Source: Eledone cirrhosa
Lineage: Eukaryota
Direction of reading: 5' to 3'
Length of the DNA: 64,000 nucleotides
Assembly: GCA_964016885.1 (NCBI GenBank)
Contig: OZ024740.1
Span: forward strand, 29,388,001 to 29,452,000
Shown here: piece by piece, positions 15,001 to 27,900 of the stretch
Layout: every line of letters starts with the position of its first letter
Numbering within the stretch: the first letter of the stretch is position 1
Notes under the pieces: model-generated
Databases searched by the model: none
What the model saw: only the letters and a program-made list of their open reading frames with translations
Told to the model about the DNA's origin: nothing
Translations under genes and position numbers: made by a program

Positions 15001-18000
15001 CATAGGTGAGTACAGCTCCAACACTTAGTGAGGACACCTCTAACACAGGGTGAGGACACCTCCAACACTGGGTGAGGACACCTCTAACACTGAGTGAGGA
15101 CACCTCCAAACACTGAGAGAGGGCGCGTCCAACACTGGGTGAGGACATCTCTAACACTGGTGAGGACATATCTAACACAGGGTGAGGACACCTCCAACAA
15201 TGGGTGAGGACACCTCCAACAATGGGTGAGGACACCTCTAACACTGGGTGAAGACATCTATAACAATGGGTAAGGACACCTCCAACACTGAGTGATGAGA
15301 CCTCTAAAACTGTGTGAGGACACCTCCAACACAGGGTGAGGACACCTCCAGCACTGTGTGAGGACCTCTCCAACACTGGGTGAGGACACCTCCAACACTG
15401 GGTGATGACACCTCCAACACTGGGTGAAGACACCTCTAACACTGGGTGAGGACACCTCCAACACAGGGTGAGGACACCTCCAACATAGGTTAGTACAGCT
15501 CCAACACTGAGTGAGGACACCTCTAACACAGGGTGAGGACACCTCCAACACTGGGTGAGGACACCTCTAACACTGGGTGAGGATACCTCTAACACTGGGT
15601 GAGGACACCTCCAACACTGGGTGAGGACACCTCTAACACTGGGTGAGGATACCTCTAACACTTGTTGAATTCACCTCCACCACTGAGTGAGGACACATCT
15701 AACACTGGGTGAGGACACCTCCAACACTGGGTGAGGACATATCTAACACTGGGTGAGGATACCTCAAACACAGGGTGAGGACACCTCTAACACTGGGTGA
15801 GGACACATCCAACACAGGGTGAGGACACCTCTAACACATGGTGAAGACACCTCCAACACTGGGTGAAGACACCTCTAACTCTGGGTGAGGACACCTCCAG
15901 CACTGGGTGAGGACACATCTAACACTGGGAGGGAACACCTCCAACTCTCGGTGAAGACATATCTAACACTGGGTGAGGACACCTCTAACACTGGATGAGG
16001 ACACCTCCAATATATGGGTGAAGACACCTCTAACACTGGGTGAGGACACCTTTAACACTGAGTGAGGACACCTCTAATACTGGGTGAGAACAACTCCAAC
16101 ACTGTGTGAGGACATATCTAACCCTGGCTGAGGACACCTCTAACACTAGGTGAGGACACCTCCAACACTTAGTGAGGACACATCTAACACTGGGTGAGGA
16201 CACATCCAACACTGTGTGAGGACATATCTGACACTAGGTGAGGACATCTCCAACACTGGGTGAGGACACATCTAACACTGGGTGAGGACACCTCTAACAC
16301 TGGGTGAGAACACCTCCAACACTGGGTGAGAACACCTCTAACACTGGGTGAGGACATATCTAACACTGGCTGAGGACACATACAACACTGAGTGAGGACA
16401 CCTCTAACACTGGGTGAGGACACCTCCAACACTGGGTGAGGACACCTCCAACACTGAGTGAGGACATATCTAACACTGGGTGAGAACACCTCTAACACTG
16501 GGTGAGGACATATCTAACACTGGCTGAGGACACATACAACACTGAGTGAGGACACCTCTAACACTGGGTGAGGACACCTCCGACACTGGGTGAGGACACC
16601 TCCAACACTGAGTGAGGACATATCTAACACTGGGTGAAGACATCTCTAACACTGGGTGAGGACACCTCCAATACTGGTTGAGGACACCTCTAACACTGGG
16701 TGAGGACACCTCCAACACTGAGTGAGGACACTTCTAACACTGGGTGAGGATACCTCTATCACTGGGTGAGGACACCTCCAACACTGAGTGAGGACACTTC
16801 TAACACTGGGTGAGGACACCTCCAACACTGAGTGAGGACACATCTAACACTGGGTGAGGACACCTCCAAAACTGGGTGAGACATATCTAACACTGGGTGA
16901 GGACATCTCCAACACTGGGTGAGGACACATCTAACACTGGTGAGGACACCTCCAACACTGTGTGAGGACATATCTAACGCAGGGTGATGACATCTCCAAC
17001 ACTGGGTGAGGACATCTCTAACACTGGGTAAGGACACCTCCAACACTGGGTGATGACACCTCTAAAACTGGGTGAGGACACCTCCAACACTGGGTGAGGA
17101 CACCTCCAAAACTGAGTGATACACCTCCAACACTGGGTGAAGACACCTCTAACACTGGGTGAGGACACCTCCAACACAGGGTGAAGACACCTCCAACAGT
17201 GGGTGAGGACACCTCCAACACTGAGTGAGGACACCTCTAACACAGGGTGAGGACACCTCCAACACTGGGTGAGGACACCTCTAACACTGGGTGAGGACAC
17301 ATCCAACACTGGGTGAGGACACCTCCAACACTGAGTGAGGGCACCTCCAATACTGGGTGAGGATACCTCAAACACAGGGTGAGACACCTCTAACACTGGG
17401 TGAGGACACCTCTAATTCTGGGTGAAGACACCTCCAACACTGAGTGAGGACACCTCTAACACTGGGTGAGGACACCTCCAACACTGGATGAGGACATATC
17501 TAACACTGGGTGAGGACACCTCTAACACTGGGTGAGGACACTTCCAACACTCTGTGAGGACACCTCCAACTCTGAGTGAGGACACCTCCAGCACTGGGTG
17601 AGGACACATCTAACACTGGGAGGGACCACCTCCAACTCTCGATGAGGACATATCTAACACTGGCTGAGGACACATCCAACACTGAGTGAGGACACCTCTA
17701 ACACTGGGTGAGGTCACCTCCAACACTGGGTGAGGACACCTCCAACACTGAGTGAGGACATATCTAACACTGGGTGAGGATACCTCTAACACTGGGTGAG
17801 GACACCTCCAACACTGAGTGAGGACACTTCTAACACTGGGTGAGAACACCTCCAACACTGGGTGAGAACACCTCCAGTACTGGGTGAGGACATATCTAAC
17901 TCTGGGTGAGGACACCTCCAACACTGAGTGAGGACACCTCTAACACTGTGTGAGAACAACTCCAACACTGTGTGAGGACATATCTAACACTGGCTGAGGA

Positions 18001-18392
18001 CACCTCTAACACTAGGTGAGGACACCTCCAACACTTAGTGAGGACACATCTAACACTGGGTGAGGACACCTCCAACACAGAGTGAGGACATATCTAACAC
18101 TTGGTGAGGACATCTCCAATACTGGGTGAGGACACATCTAATACTGGGTGAGGACACCTCTAACACTGGGTGAGAACACCTCCAACACTGAGTGAGGACA
18201 TATCTAACACTGGGTGAGGACACCTCTAAAACAGGGTGAGGACACCTCCAACACTGGGTGAGGACATATCTAACACTGGGTGAGGTCATCTCCAACACTG
18301 GATGAGGACACATCTAACACTGGGTGAGGACACCTCTAACACTGGGTGAGGACATTTCCAACACTGAGTGAGGACACCTCTAACACTGAGTG
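1..18392. repeat. 22-bp tandem satellite, consensus AACACTGGGTGAGGACACCTCY, roughly 830 units, runs off the left edge
   Basis: Continuous 22-nt periodicity with point variants; abrupt end at ~18392. The minus-strand ORFs are translations of the unit. Confidence 0.98.
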
Positions 18393-18922
18393 TATTGAAA
18401 GGACTCTCCACAAATCTAACAATGTATTCTCCGGTCTCGAATAACACACCTCCTCCCCCAGCTTATTAATATTTCAGATTTTTTCCACACACCTCCTCTC
18501 ATATTCCACCCTACCCCACTTCCGCTTATTAAATTTTGCTATTTCATCTCCGGCGAAATTTTATTTTAAGTGGTAGCATTCCTGCGACAATTAATTTTCT
18601 TTAGATATTAAAAAACATTATACATAACAAAAAAGAACATTACTAGAAATCTCATACGAAATCTTAAATAAATAGGATGGGTTGGGTCTCAATATGTAAA
18701 CTAAATGACTAATTCTGGGGGTTTTTTTAAATCAACGGAGACAACCGAGAAAAATTACCGATATTCCACACACACACACACACACACTACACTTTTCTGT
18801 GGGGCTCGAGAGTAGATTACAAATATTGACTCAATGGTGTATATTATGAACATTTGCACCAAATTGTATCAGTATGTCCTGCACCAGTCCCAATAAAATA
18901 CCTTTGTGATCCAATAATATAT

Positions 18923-19103
18923 TTGTTTCTACTTTAGGCACAAGGCCAGCAATTACCCAGTTCATTACTGGTGCTTTATTTTATCGACTCCGTAAGGATG
19001 AAAGGCAAAGTCAAACTCGGCGGAATTTGAACTCAGATTGTAAAGGGACGTAACTATGCTGGAAAGCATGGCGTCCGACCCTCTACCGATACTGCCAATC
19101 CAC
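18923..19103 (-). mobile_element. tRNA-derived SINE, family 1 (Meta/MESC-like central domain)
   Basis: Minus strand has A-box-like TGGCAGTATCGG, B box GAGTTCAAATTCC, GCCTTTCATCCTTACGGAGTCGATAAAATAAAG and the end TAAAGTAGAAACA; about 15 copies in the window. Confidence 0.9.
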
Positions 19104-19180
19104 ATATTATAGCAAAACTGCACTACCTCTGCCCCTAGAAAACAAAATACATGTTGTACTCGTATAAACTTACACCTGAA

Positions 19181-19320
19181 GGCGCATGGCTTGGTGGTTA
19201 GAGCATTGGGCTTGCAATCGAAAGGTTGTGGGTTCAATTCTCGGACCGGGTGATGTGTTGTTTCCTTGAGCAAGACACTTTATTTCACGTTGCTCCAGTT
19301 TACTCGGCTGTAGAAATGAG
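19181..19320 (+). mobile_element. tRNA-derived CORE-type SINE, family 2
   Basis: A box TGGCTTGGTGG, B box GGTTCAATTC, then CCTTGAGCAAGACACT...GCTCCAGTTTACTCGGCTGTAGAAATGAG. Confidence 0.8.
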
Positions 19321-19638
19321 ATGATAGGACTGAGGTCCCTATCATTAAATCACCCAAGACACTTCCAACGAGATATATCTTGGAGGAGGCCAGCTAAACC
19401 TGCATACGTGTGAGCTGTCACACACAGACACACACACAAACTTTCACTGGTCAAAGAAAATTATGTGAAAAAGCTATTGAATAAAGACAGGCAGTACATA
19501 ATAAGCATGACATCATTCTATAGGAGATAAGAAACTCTCAGGAGAGCTGGATAGTAGAAAGTCTTTAGAGAAGAAATAACACCCAAGCAACTGTTTCAGC
19601 CTTTAACTTCTATATAACAAACACTATGAGAGCATATT

Positions 19639-19787
19639 GTTCTGAGTTCAAATCCCGCGAAAGTTAACTTTGCCTTTCATCCTTACGGGCTCGATAAAAT
19701 AAAGTACCAGTAAGTATTGGAGTTGATTTAATCGACTTTCCTCTCCCCTTCAGATTGTTAGCCTTTTGCCTAAAGTAGAAACAATTA
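19639..19787 (+). mobile_element. SINE family 1, 5'-truncated
   Basis: TCTGAGTTCAAATCCC...GCCTTTCATCCTTACGGG...TAAAGTAGAAACAATTA. Confidence 0.85.
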
Positions 19788-20022
19788 TTTATTGATATGT
19801 ATGCATAGTCCCGTAATTCCTGATGGAATCGTTGGGGTGCCGTATCTTCATATGACGTTAATAAGGAATATTTTAAATCCAACATCTCTCCAGAATTTGC
19901 TGACATAGTAATATCAAATGATTATAGCGCTGTGTAATAATAAGCTGAAAGGGTAGGGAATTACAATGACTAGAATATGGTGTAAAACATTATATCTAGT
20001 ACGGAACTCAGACCGTAAAGCG

Positions 20023-20146
20023 ATGCTTTCTAGCATAGTTATGTCCCTTTACGGTCTGAGTTCAAATCCCGTCGCGGTTAACTTTAATAAAGTACCAGTA
20101 ATGTACTGGATATTTGCTGGCCTTGTGCCAAAAGTAGAAACAATTA
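20023..20146 (+). mobile_element. SINE family 1, internally deleted
   Basis: B box and 3' end present; central GCCTTTCATCC block missing. Confidence 0.8.
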
Positions 20147-20713
20147 TATCAAGTACGGTATCTATCTATCGTATTATATGTAACTAGTACAACTGAAATT
20201 ATACAAAAAGACTTCTGTTTTAATATTGAGAATTTACCAATGAGGATAGACATATGTACGTTCTAGAAAATGGTAGTACTTTGCCCTGTAAATATGACAT
20301 TCTCTGCAGACTTTCTTAATCAAGAAAATATTTTTAACATTGCATATTTATGTTATCTTTGAACATTCTTGTTAAATTTGAAGATTTTTATACATATTTT
20401 CCAAGCTGTGTCTCATTATTTGATCTATATCTCCAAAGATGAATAACAAATATAATAAAAATGGTGATTTATTACTTGTTTTACTTACATAGTCAAGCAA
20501 TTTATCGTTTGGATATGTCTATCAAATATGTGATTATATTCTAATAAAACTCATTTAGATTAACTTATAGCACAGTAAGAATGTAAGAAGTTCATAGTTA
20601 ATAAATTATTGAATCTCTTTCGATAAATAATAATCGTCTTAAGATTATAGAGACGTCATTTAATGTAACGAAATCTATTTATAAGAAAGTATACCAATAT
20701 TATATCTTACTAA

Positions 20714-21040
20714 TGTGTATGAGTACATGTATATATGTATATGTGTATGTATGTATGTATGTATGTATGTATGTATGTATGTATGTATGTATGTATGTAT
20801 GTATGTATGAATCTACGTACATACGTATGCATATATGTATGTATGTTTGTTTGTATGTATGATATATGTATGCATGTGTGTATGTGTGTATGTAAATATG
20901 TATATATGTATGATGTATACATGATGTATGTAAGTATGTATGTATGTTTGTATGTATGTATGATGTATACATGATGTATGTAAATATGTATGTATGTATG
21001 TATGTATCTAACTATCTAACTATGTATTCATATATGTGTA
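20714..21040. repeat. (ATGT)n microsatellite
   Basis: Direct reading. Confidence 0.95.
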
Positions 21041-21261
21041 TTCTCTTCCTCATTGCAATTTTAGAGTATCTTCCTCGGGTAGTGTACTAGTAAAGCCAAT
21101 CAACACAAGAGAAATTGTCTTAATTTATAAAGATGGTCAATATAGTTTCTTGATTCCAGAAACTGCTGCTAGGGAATAGATGTGAGTGAAACACTCATGT
21201 ATTAGTTGACTCTACTAGTACTCTACCCGGTGGAGACTTGGCATAAGTTTTTCTGTTTACT

Positions 21262-21462
21262 TACGAGGGTCGGCTCAAAAGTTCATTGGCTGACTATGAA
21301 GCATTGATGCTAGAGCTGTGAAATCTCGCATGCATTAATTTTAACTCGTCTTATTAATAACTGCATTGTTTTTTCCAGGGACTATGCTGGAAATTAAACC
21401 TCATTTGGTCATTCCATGAGAGTATCTTGGTCAGCCTATTGAATGTTCAATGACAGTCGTAT
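21262..21462. mobile_element. mariner-like MITE, degenerate
   Basis: Left end TA-CGAGGGTCGGCTCAAAAGTTCATTGGCTGAC; right end GTCAGCCTATTGAATGTTCAATGACAGTCG-TA is an imperfect inverted copy; a similar terminus lies at ~34741-34766. Confidence 0.55.
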
Positions 21463-21518
21463 ATATATATATAGTGACGAAACATAAGTCAATTGCATGA
21501 ACTCATAATCCTTTATTT

Positions 21519-21574
21519 ACTGCTATATATATTTCGATGATAGCCATTGAATGGCTATGGCCTCATCAGGCAGT
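21519..21574 (-). ncRNA. type I hammerhead ribozyme in TA-flanked island 21473-21638
   Basis: ACUGC CUGAUGA GGCCAUAGCCAUUCAAUGGCUAUCAUC GAAA UAUAUA UA/GCAGU: stem I ACUGC:GCAGU, palindromic stem III, AUA site, then AAUAAA. Confidence 0.85.
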
Positions 21575-21633
21575 TAGTCAGTTCTTAGATATGCCAGCTC
21601 TGTTTTTATAGTGTTGATGGTATCAGTGCCTTG

Positions 21634-21680
<47 letters not shown>

Positions 21681-21836
21681 TTGGAGCTCTGAAATAGCCA
21701 TATATATATGAATGTATATATAATGTATTTTGCAATACACTTTATGCTTAATTAAAAGCATTTTGAAGACCGTATGCTATTGTTTTAGAGTAGTGACAGA
21801 CTCACTTACTTTAATCTCAGCAAAGAGGGGGAGATA

Positions 21837-21882
21837 AGCCGACAAGGCCTTGTTTCTGCATTTTTTTATGCTTATCAAGGCT
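21837..21882 (-). ncRNA. hammerhead ribozyme variant with U3:A8 core
   Basis: AGCC UUGAUAA GCAU AAAAAA AUGC A GAAA CAAGGCCUUG UC/GGCU. Confidence 0.7.
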
Positions 21883-22213
21883 AACTACTCCCTCCCGTCT
21901 ACTGAGAGCACTGATGTTATATTCTTATAGAATTCTAGTAAATAATCAGGAACTGATTATACAGAGCAGTTGCCGGTCAGGCAGAAATTAAAAATTAGAA
22001 TTGGAGCTCTGAAATAGCCATATATATATGAATGTATATATAGTGTATTTTGCAATACACTTTATGCTTAATTAAAAGCTATTTCAGAGCTCCAATTCTA
22101 ATTTTTAATTCCTGCCTGACCGGCAACTGCTCTGTATAATCAGTTCCTGATTATTTACTAGAATTCTATAAGAATATAACATCAGTGCTCTCAGTAGACG
22201 GGAGGGAGTAGTT

Positions 22214-22259
22214 AGCCTTGATAAGCATAAAAAAATGCAGAAACAAAGCCTTGTCGGCT
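22214..22259 (+). ncRNA. hammerhead ribozyme variant with U3:A8 core, inverted-arm copy
   Basis: AGCC TTGATAA GCAT...ATGC A GAAA CAAAGCCTTG TC GGCT. Confidence 0.65.
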
Positions 22260-22384
22260 TTATCTCCCCCTGTTTGCTGAGATTAAAGTAAGTGAGTCTG
22301 TCACTACTCTAAAACAATAGCTTACGGTCTTCAAAATGCTTTTAATTAAGCATAAAGTGTATTGCAAAATACATTATATATACA

Positions 22385-22461
<77 letters not shown>

Positions 22462-22465
<4 letters not shown>

Positions 22466-22842
22466 GTGAAGTGAAAGAGTGAAGAATAACATGGTCGACT
22501 GTTCCAAAAGGGTTTTATTTACAGCAGTATTAACAGAGACACACACTGTATTTAAGGTTGAGTGGCGCAACTTCGAATGATCAGCAGCATTTAGACTCAC
22601 CTGATCAATGAAACAATTGTTAATACTGTAAATAAAACCCTTTTTGTACAGCCGACCATGTTATTCTTCACTCTTTCACTACTATTACTCCAAGAATAAC
22701 CTGCATGGAGTTTCTCGCATACTCGCTACCTAACTATGGAAACTTCTTGTTGAGTCAAACAATGGCGTACGTTAAAACTATCCATAGTACAGAGTACTCA
22801 CAACCTCTAACTGGATTACCTAAAACGATAACTTGTTATCCC
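22462..22842. mobile_element. TA-flanked inverted pLTR-like island carrying only the 3' half of a hammerhead
   Basis: 22468-22534 is inverted against 22618-22680; GAAA CAATTG TT AATACTG at 22610-22628, then AATAAA. Confidence 0.65.
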
Positions 22843-22872
22843 ATATATATATATGTGTGTGTGTGTGTGTGT

Positions 22873-23110
22873 ATACTGTAATATAAGTTTGGCAGAGATA
22901 TCCAAGGGTAAGAGCACTCAGTCCATTGGACGACTTAACTTTAATTAGTTACAACAGTGATATATACAGGTACTTAAGTCTCGCTGGGTTAGTTATACAC
23001 CCCAGCGCTTTCAACATGTTATATAAAAAGAAAAATATAACAGGCTGAATGAGTTGGGGTGTATAACCCAACGAAACTTAAGTAACTGTGTATGTCACTG
23101 TTGTAACTAA
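22873..23110. mobile_element. microsatellite-flanked inverted pLTR-like island
   Basis: ATTAGTTACAACAGTGA...CACCCCA (22944-23004) inverted against 23055-23111; left arm has an extra tail. Confidence 0.75.
23040..23089 (+). ncRNA. hammerhead ribozyme with a 1-nt core insertion (CUGAAUGA)
   Basis: ACAGG CUGAAUGA GUUGGG GUGUAUAA CCCAAC GAAA CUUAAG UA/ACUGU; the inverted arm reads UA/CCUGU, a perfect stem I partner. Confidence 0.7.
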
Positions 23111-23127
23111 TATATATATATATGTGT

Positions 23128-23171
<44 letters not shown>

Positions 23172-24014
23172 GTATAAGCGGTCCACCAAACATGAACTAC
23201 CCCAGGGCTCACTAAAAATCTAAATATGGTCTTGTAAGAACAATTTGTGACAGCAAGTGTGTATCTTATACATGATGACATGGCAGTCCGTTCGGTGGTA
23301 TGTCTTAGCTGAGATAGTTTGGCTATTTTAATGGAAAGACTAATGGCAATTAAGAGATATTTAATGAGATTATTAATGGCAGGTGACAACCATTTGAACA
23401 CGTCTAACGTACACTTGATCTTCTTTCTATAAGGGATTGTTAAATCTCTGTGAAAAACACTTTAATAAGGACTTGGTGTTTTCTGATTGTCGATTTCTCC
23501 AGGATTGTTCTTCTACCCAGCCATTAATTTTATATTCTTTCTCTCCATGTTTACAGAAGACCTCTTCTGGTGTTTGCTGCCATAAAAATTGTTTGTTGAA
23601 TTCATCCTTTCTTCCCTAAATAGGCATCCAGTAGATTTCGACTGCAGTTATTTATATTGAAGCTAAGATTTGGGGGTCTGTACGTATGTATGTATGGTGT
23701 GTGTATGTATGTATGTGTGTGTATATATGTATGTGTGTGTATATATGAATGTATGTATGTAAGCGTGTGTAAATGTGAATGTGTTTATGAGTGTGTGCGT
23801 ATATATATATGTGTGTGTGTGTATGTGTCTGTGTGTGTGTCCGTGTGTGTGTGTGTGCGTGTGTGTGTCCGTGAGTGTGTGTGTGTGAGTTAAATTACTT
23901 GCTGATTTGCCGCTGAGAAAAAAATTCCCTTCACAGCGGCAAAACAACTTAAGTAAATTTCAATAAACACAATTTTGGCTCAAGCAGACGACAATCAGTC
24001 TCCATGGATTTTCT

Positions 24015-24081
<67 letters not shown>

Positions 24082-24243
24082 GAGAGAGTGAGAGGGAGAG
24101 AGAGAGAGAAATGTGCATGTATACTCACCGATGTACATAGAGTTACTATTTACAAATAAATATACATTCTCAAGCTACGCATGAGGCTTCCACTGCGACA
24201 ACACATTGGCTAAAACCAGTAATATATATATATATATATATAT

Positions 24244-24524
24244 ACGATATTAACAAATGGAAACTATATTTATAAAACCATATTTATTTCATTATACATA
24301 TTTCAAGGACACCAAGTTAAATTATGGTGTGCTTTCATCAGACAAAATATAATATAGGTCAGTTTTATAAATAAATATTGACATACCCTTAAAAAATGCA
24401 ACCATTACTGTTGGAAGCTCCCGGATAGTCCCAAATACTTATTCCAAATACTTGTTGAGTGCTTTATATCAGTTATAAAAATATTTGCTTGTTGTATCCC
24501 AACAATGTAAATAGAACTTTTGCA
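24244..24524. mobile_element. Penelope-like pLTR fragment, family P1, two-arm insertion in (TA)n
   Basis: Left arm starts ACGATATTAA and right arm ends TTTGCA-TATA, the same ends as 25146-27569 and 32905-33011. Confidence 0.75.
24285..24349 (-). ncRNA. type I hammerhead ribozyme, family P1
   Basis: UAUUUUGU CUGAUGA AAGCACACCA...UGGUGUCCUU GAAA UAUGUA UA/AUGAAAUA. Confidence 0.85.
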
Positions 24525-24547
24525 TATATATATATATATATATATAC

Positions 24548-24617
<70 letters not shown>

Positions 24618-24620
24618 CAC

Positions 24621-25147
<527 letters not shown>

Positions 25148-25187
25148 GATATTAAATAAATGGAAACTATATTTATAAAACCATATT

Positions 25188-25253
25188 TATTTCATTATAT
25201 ATATTTCAGGGATATCATATTAAAAATATGTTATGCCTTCTTCAGACAAAATA
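25188..25253 (-). ncRNA. type I hammerhead ribozyme, family P1
   Basis: UAUUUUGU CUGAAGA AGGCAUAACAUAUU...AAUAUGAUAUCCCU GAAA UAUAUA UA/AUGAAAUA. Confidence 0.85.
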
Positions 25254-26029
25254 CAATATAAACAGTCTTATAAATAGATAGATTCGACATACCTTTCAAC
25301 TTCGACTTCTATTTGAAAAGTTGATTTGGTAGTGGAAAAAATATTAGGGACAGTTATAAAAAGAAAGAAAGAAAAACGAAGAAAAAGAAGAAATGCATGC
25401 AACTAAATAGAGAGAGATAGATATAGAGAGATAGATAGAGAGAAGAAATTCATGTAAAGAAACAGAGAGAGATATATAGAGAGAGGAAAAAAACCACAGA
25501 GGGAGATAGATAGAGAGAGAGAGAGAAGAGAGGAGAGAGAGAGAGAGAGAGAGAGAAAATATAGAGAGATAGATATAGATAGAGATAGAGAGAAAGAAAA
25601 TAGGTAGTTGTGCACCAGTTGAATGACGTATCAATGATATATTTATTTATTTATTTATTTATTTAGCTCTAGTATTAATGTAGAGAGAGATATATGTGGT
25701 TAAGAGAGAAACCAGCCGTTACATAGAGGGAAAAGAAAAATATCCAGACAAAAACGAGGCAGATTTAAAACACTATGTATCATCAATGTAAAAAATATCA
25801 ATTCGTATAAAACAGGCATTATAATGTAAATATCAGTATTCATGAATGAGACACGTATCAATGTGTGAAAAATATTGATCATATGTCTAGTTTAAAATTC
25901 ATAGGTTTATATTTATACTAAAATTCCCTTAATTTACGGACAAATTTATTCAGTTGCTGCAGACATAGATTGAACTCAACTTTTAAATATAAATATAAAT
26001 TTAAAATGTAGTATATTTAATTTGATTTA

Positions 26030-26670
26030 TAATTATTTATGAAACTCGCCGATAAATCTTTCGATTCCTTTTTATTTTAAACATTCTTCATGAATAATTA
26101 AACTACCCTAAAAGCTGATGCTCCAAATATATCGAATAAATTTTACACTAGATAAACCTCTTAAATATAAGACCATCTGTAGATCAAATGGGTATCCTAA
26201 ACTTTTGGAATGTTTTCTGCTAGACAGGATTTGGTAAATAATTTTTGGTTTTGTTTGCTTTTGATTCTGATGCTCATAACGAACTTGGCAATATATTGTC
26301 AATTAACTTTGAAGGGTTGATCTCTGTGGTTGATTTGCGGGGCATACTATGTTTCATTTTTATTTTTATATTTTTAATATTTTTAATATTTTTATTTTTA
26401 TTTTTATTTTTAATATTTTTTTGTATTTTTTTGATTTTTTGTTTTTTATTTACTTTTTGTTTCTGATATTTTTATTGATATATTGATATCTGTTCTCTAT
26501 TTATGCTTGAACGATAATCATGTAGAGTAAAGACATGAATAGTATTGTTAAAATTAATGTAGACTCTATATATATTTGTGTGTATGTACGCATATATGTA
26601 TACTAGAATTTTTATAGCACAATGAGAATGTTTTCGTGTGAAATAGGAATTTGCAGAGCTGATCACGTAA
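26030..26670 (-). pseudogene. possible decayed Penelope RT-thumb plus GIY-YIG endonuclease remnant
   Basis: Broken frames in the expected order: NSYFTRKHSHCAIKILVY..YRVY..LHDYRSSINREQI, a Lys-rich linker, then RVV*LF...FIGE (compare GVVY...YIGE). Confidence 0.4.
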
Positions 26671-27109
26671 ATTCACATGGATGTATATAGTATAAAATCT
26701 GGGATAACCTTCTATTTTGTCTCAACTCTAATATAAACCTATGAATTTTAAACTAGACATATGATCATTATTTTTCACACATTATTGATACGTGTCTCAT
26801 TCATGAATACTGATATTTACATTATAATGCCTGTTTTATACGAATTGATATTTTTTACATTGATGATACATAGTGTTTTAAATCTGCCTCGTTTTTGTCT
26901 GGATATTTTTCTTTTCTCTCTATGTAACGGCTGTTTTCTCTCTTAACCACATATATCTCTCTCTACATTAATACTAGAGCTAAATAAATAAATAAATAAA
27001 TAAATATATCATTGATACGTCATTCAACTGGTGCACAACTACCTATTTTCTTTCTCTCTATCTCTATCTATATCTATCTCTCTATATTTTCTCTCTCTCT
27101 CTCCTCTCT

Positions 27110-27140
<31 letters not shown>

Positions 27141-27372
27141 CTGTGTTTTTTTTCCTCTCTCTATATAACTCTCTCTGTTTCTTTACATGAATTTCTTCTC
27201 TATATCTATCTCTCTCTATTTAGTTGCATGCATTTCTTCTTTTTCTTCGTTTTTCTTTCTTTCTTTTTATAACTGTCCCTAATATTTTTTCCACTACCAA
27301 ATCAACTTTTCAAATAGAAGTCGAAGTTGAAAGGTATGTCGAATCTATCTATTTATAAGACTGTTTATATTG

Positions 27373-27438
27373 TATTTTGTCTGAAGAAGGCATAACATAT
27401 TTTTAATATGATATCCCTGAAATATATATAATGAAATA
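27373..27438 (+). ncRNA. type I hammerhead ribozyme, family P1, inverted-arm copy
   Basis: TATTTTGT CTGAAGA ... GAAA TATATA TA ATGAAATA. Confidence 0.85.
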
Positions 27439-27565
27439 AATATGGTTTTATAAATATAGTTTCCATTTATTTAATATCGTAAATATACTCCAAATACTTG
27501 TTGAGTGCTTTTATATCAGTTATAAATATTTACTCGTTGTTAACCCAACAATTTAAATAAAACTT

Positions 27566-27657
<92 letters not shown>

Positions 27658-27662
<5 letters not shown>

Positions 27663-27900
27663 CATTATAAAGAAAGAAGAAACATTAGATATAATTAATA
27701 ATATGCCACGAAACTGCGTAGACGAGGAGTAATCAGGAATTTGGGTATGGTATATCTTATTAATTATATCTAATGTTTCTTCTTTCTTTATAATGTATTA
27801 TATAGCTCTGATACTGAATCAATCCATTCGGATTATTTTGTCCCAGTTATTCATAGAGCAACAATGGTTGAGGTTGGCACCACAAATTCAGGGATATATA
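27658..27900. mobile_element. TA-flanked inverted island (~44-bp arms), possible hammerhead 3' half
   Basis: TAATACATTATAAAGAAAG...TTAATAA inverted against 27757-27800; GAAACTGCGTA at 27710. Confidence 0.5.

Larger units (their letters stand above)
21675..22389. mobile_element. retrozyme/pLTR-like element, 320-bp monomer (1.25 copies plus an inverted copy) inserted in (TA)n
   Basis: TTAGAATTGGAGCTCTGAAATAGCC at 21675 and 21995; 22078-22389 is the reverse complement of the left arm. Confidence 0.85.

Noticed and set aside
225-18313. Cys/His-rich ORFs (CWRCPHPVLEVSS...) as zinc-finger or repeat proteins
   Set aside because: The same peptide appears in all three frames because 22 is not divisible by 3; stops are frequent and starts are mostly non-ATG.
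1-18392. CRISPR array
   Set aside because: Units are contiguous with no unique spacers, no cas genes, and the context is eukaryotic.
19181-19250. tRNA gene
   Set aside because: A and B boxes continue into a SINE body with other copies; no complete cloverleaf.
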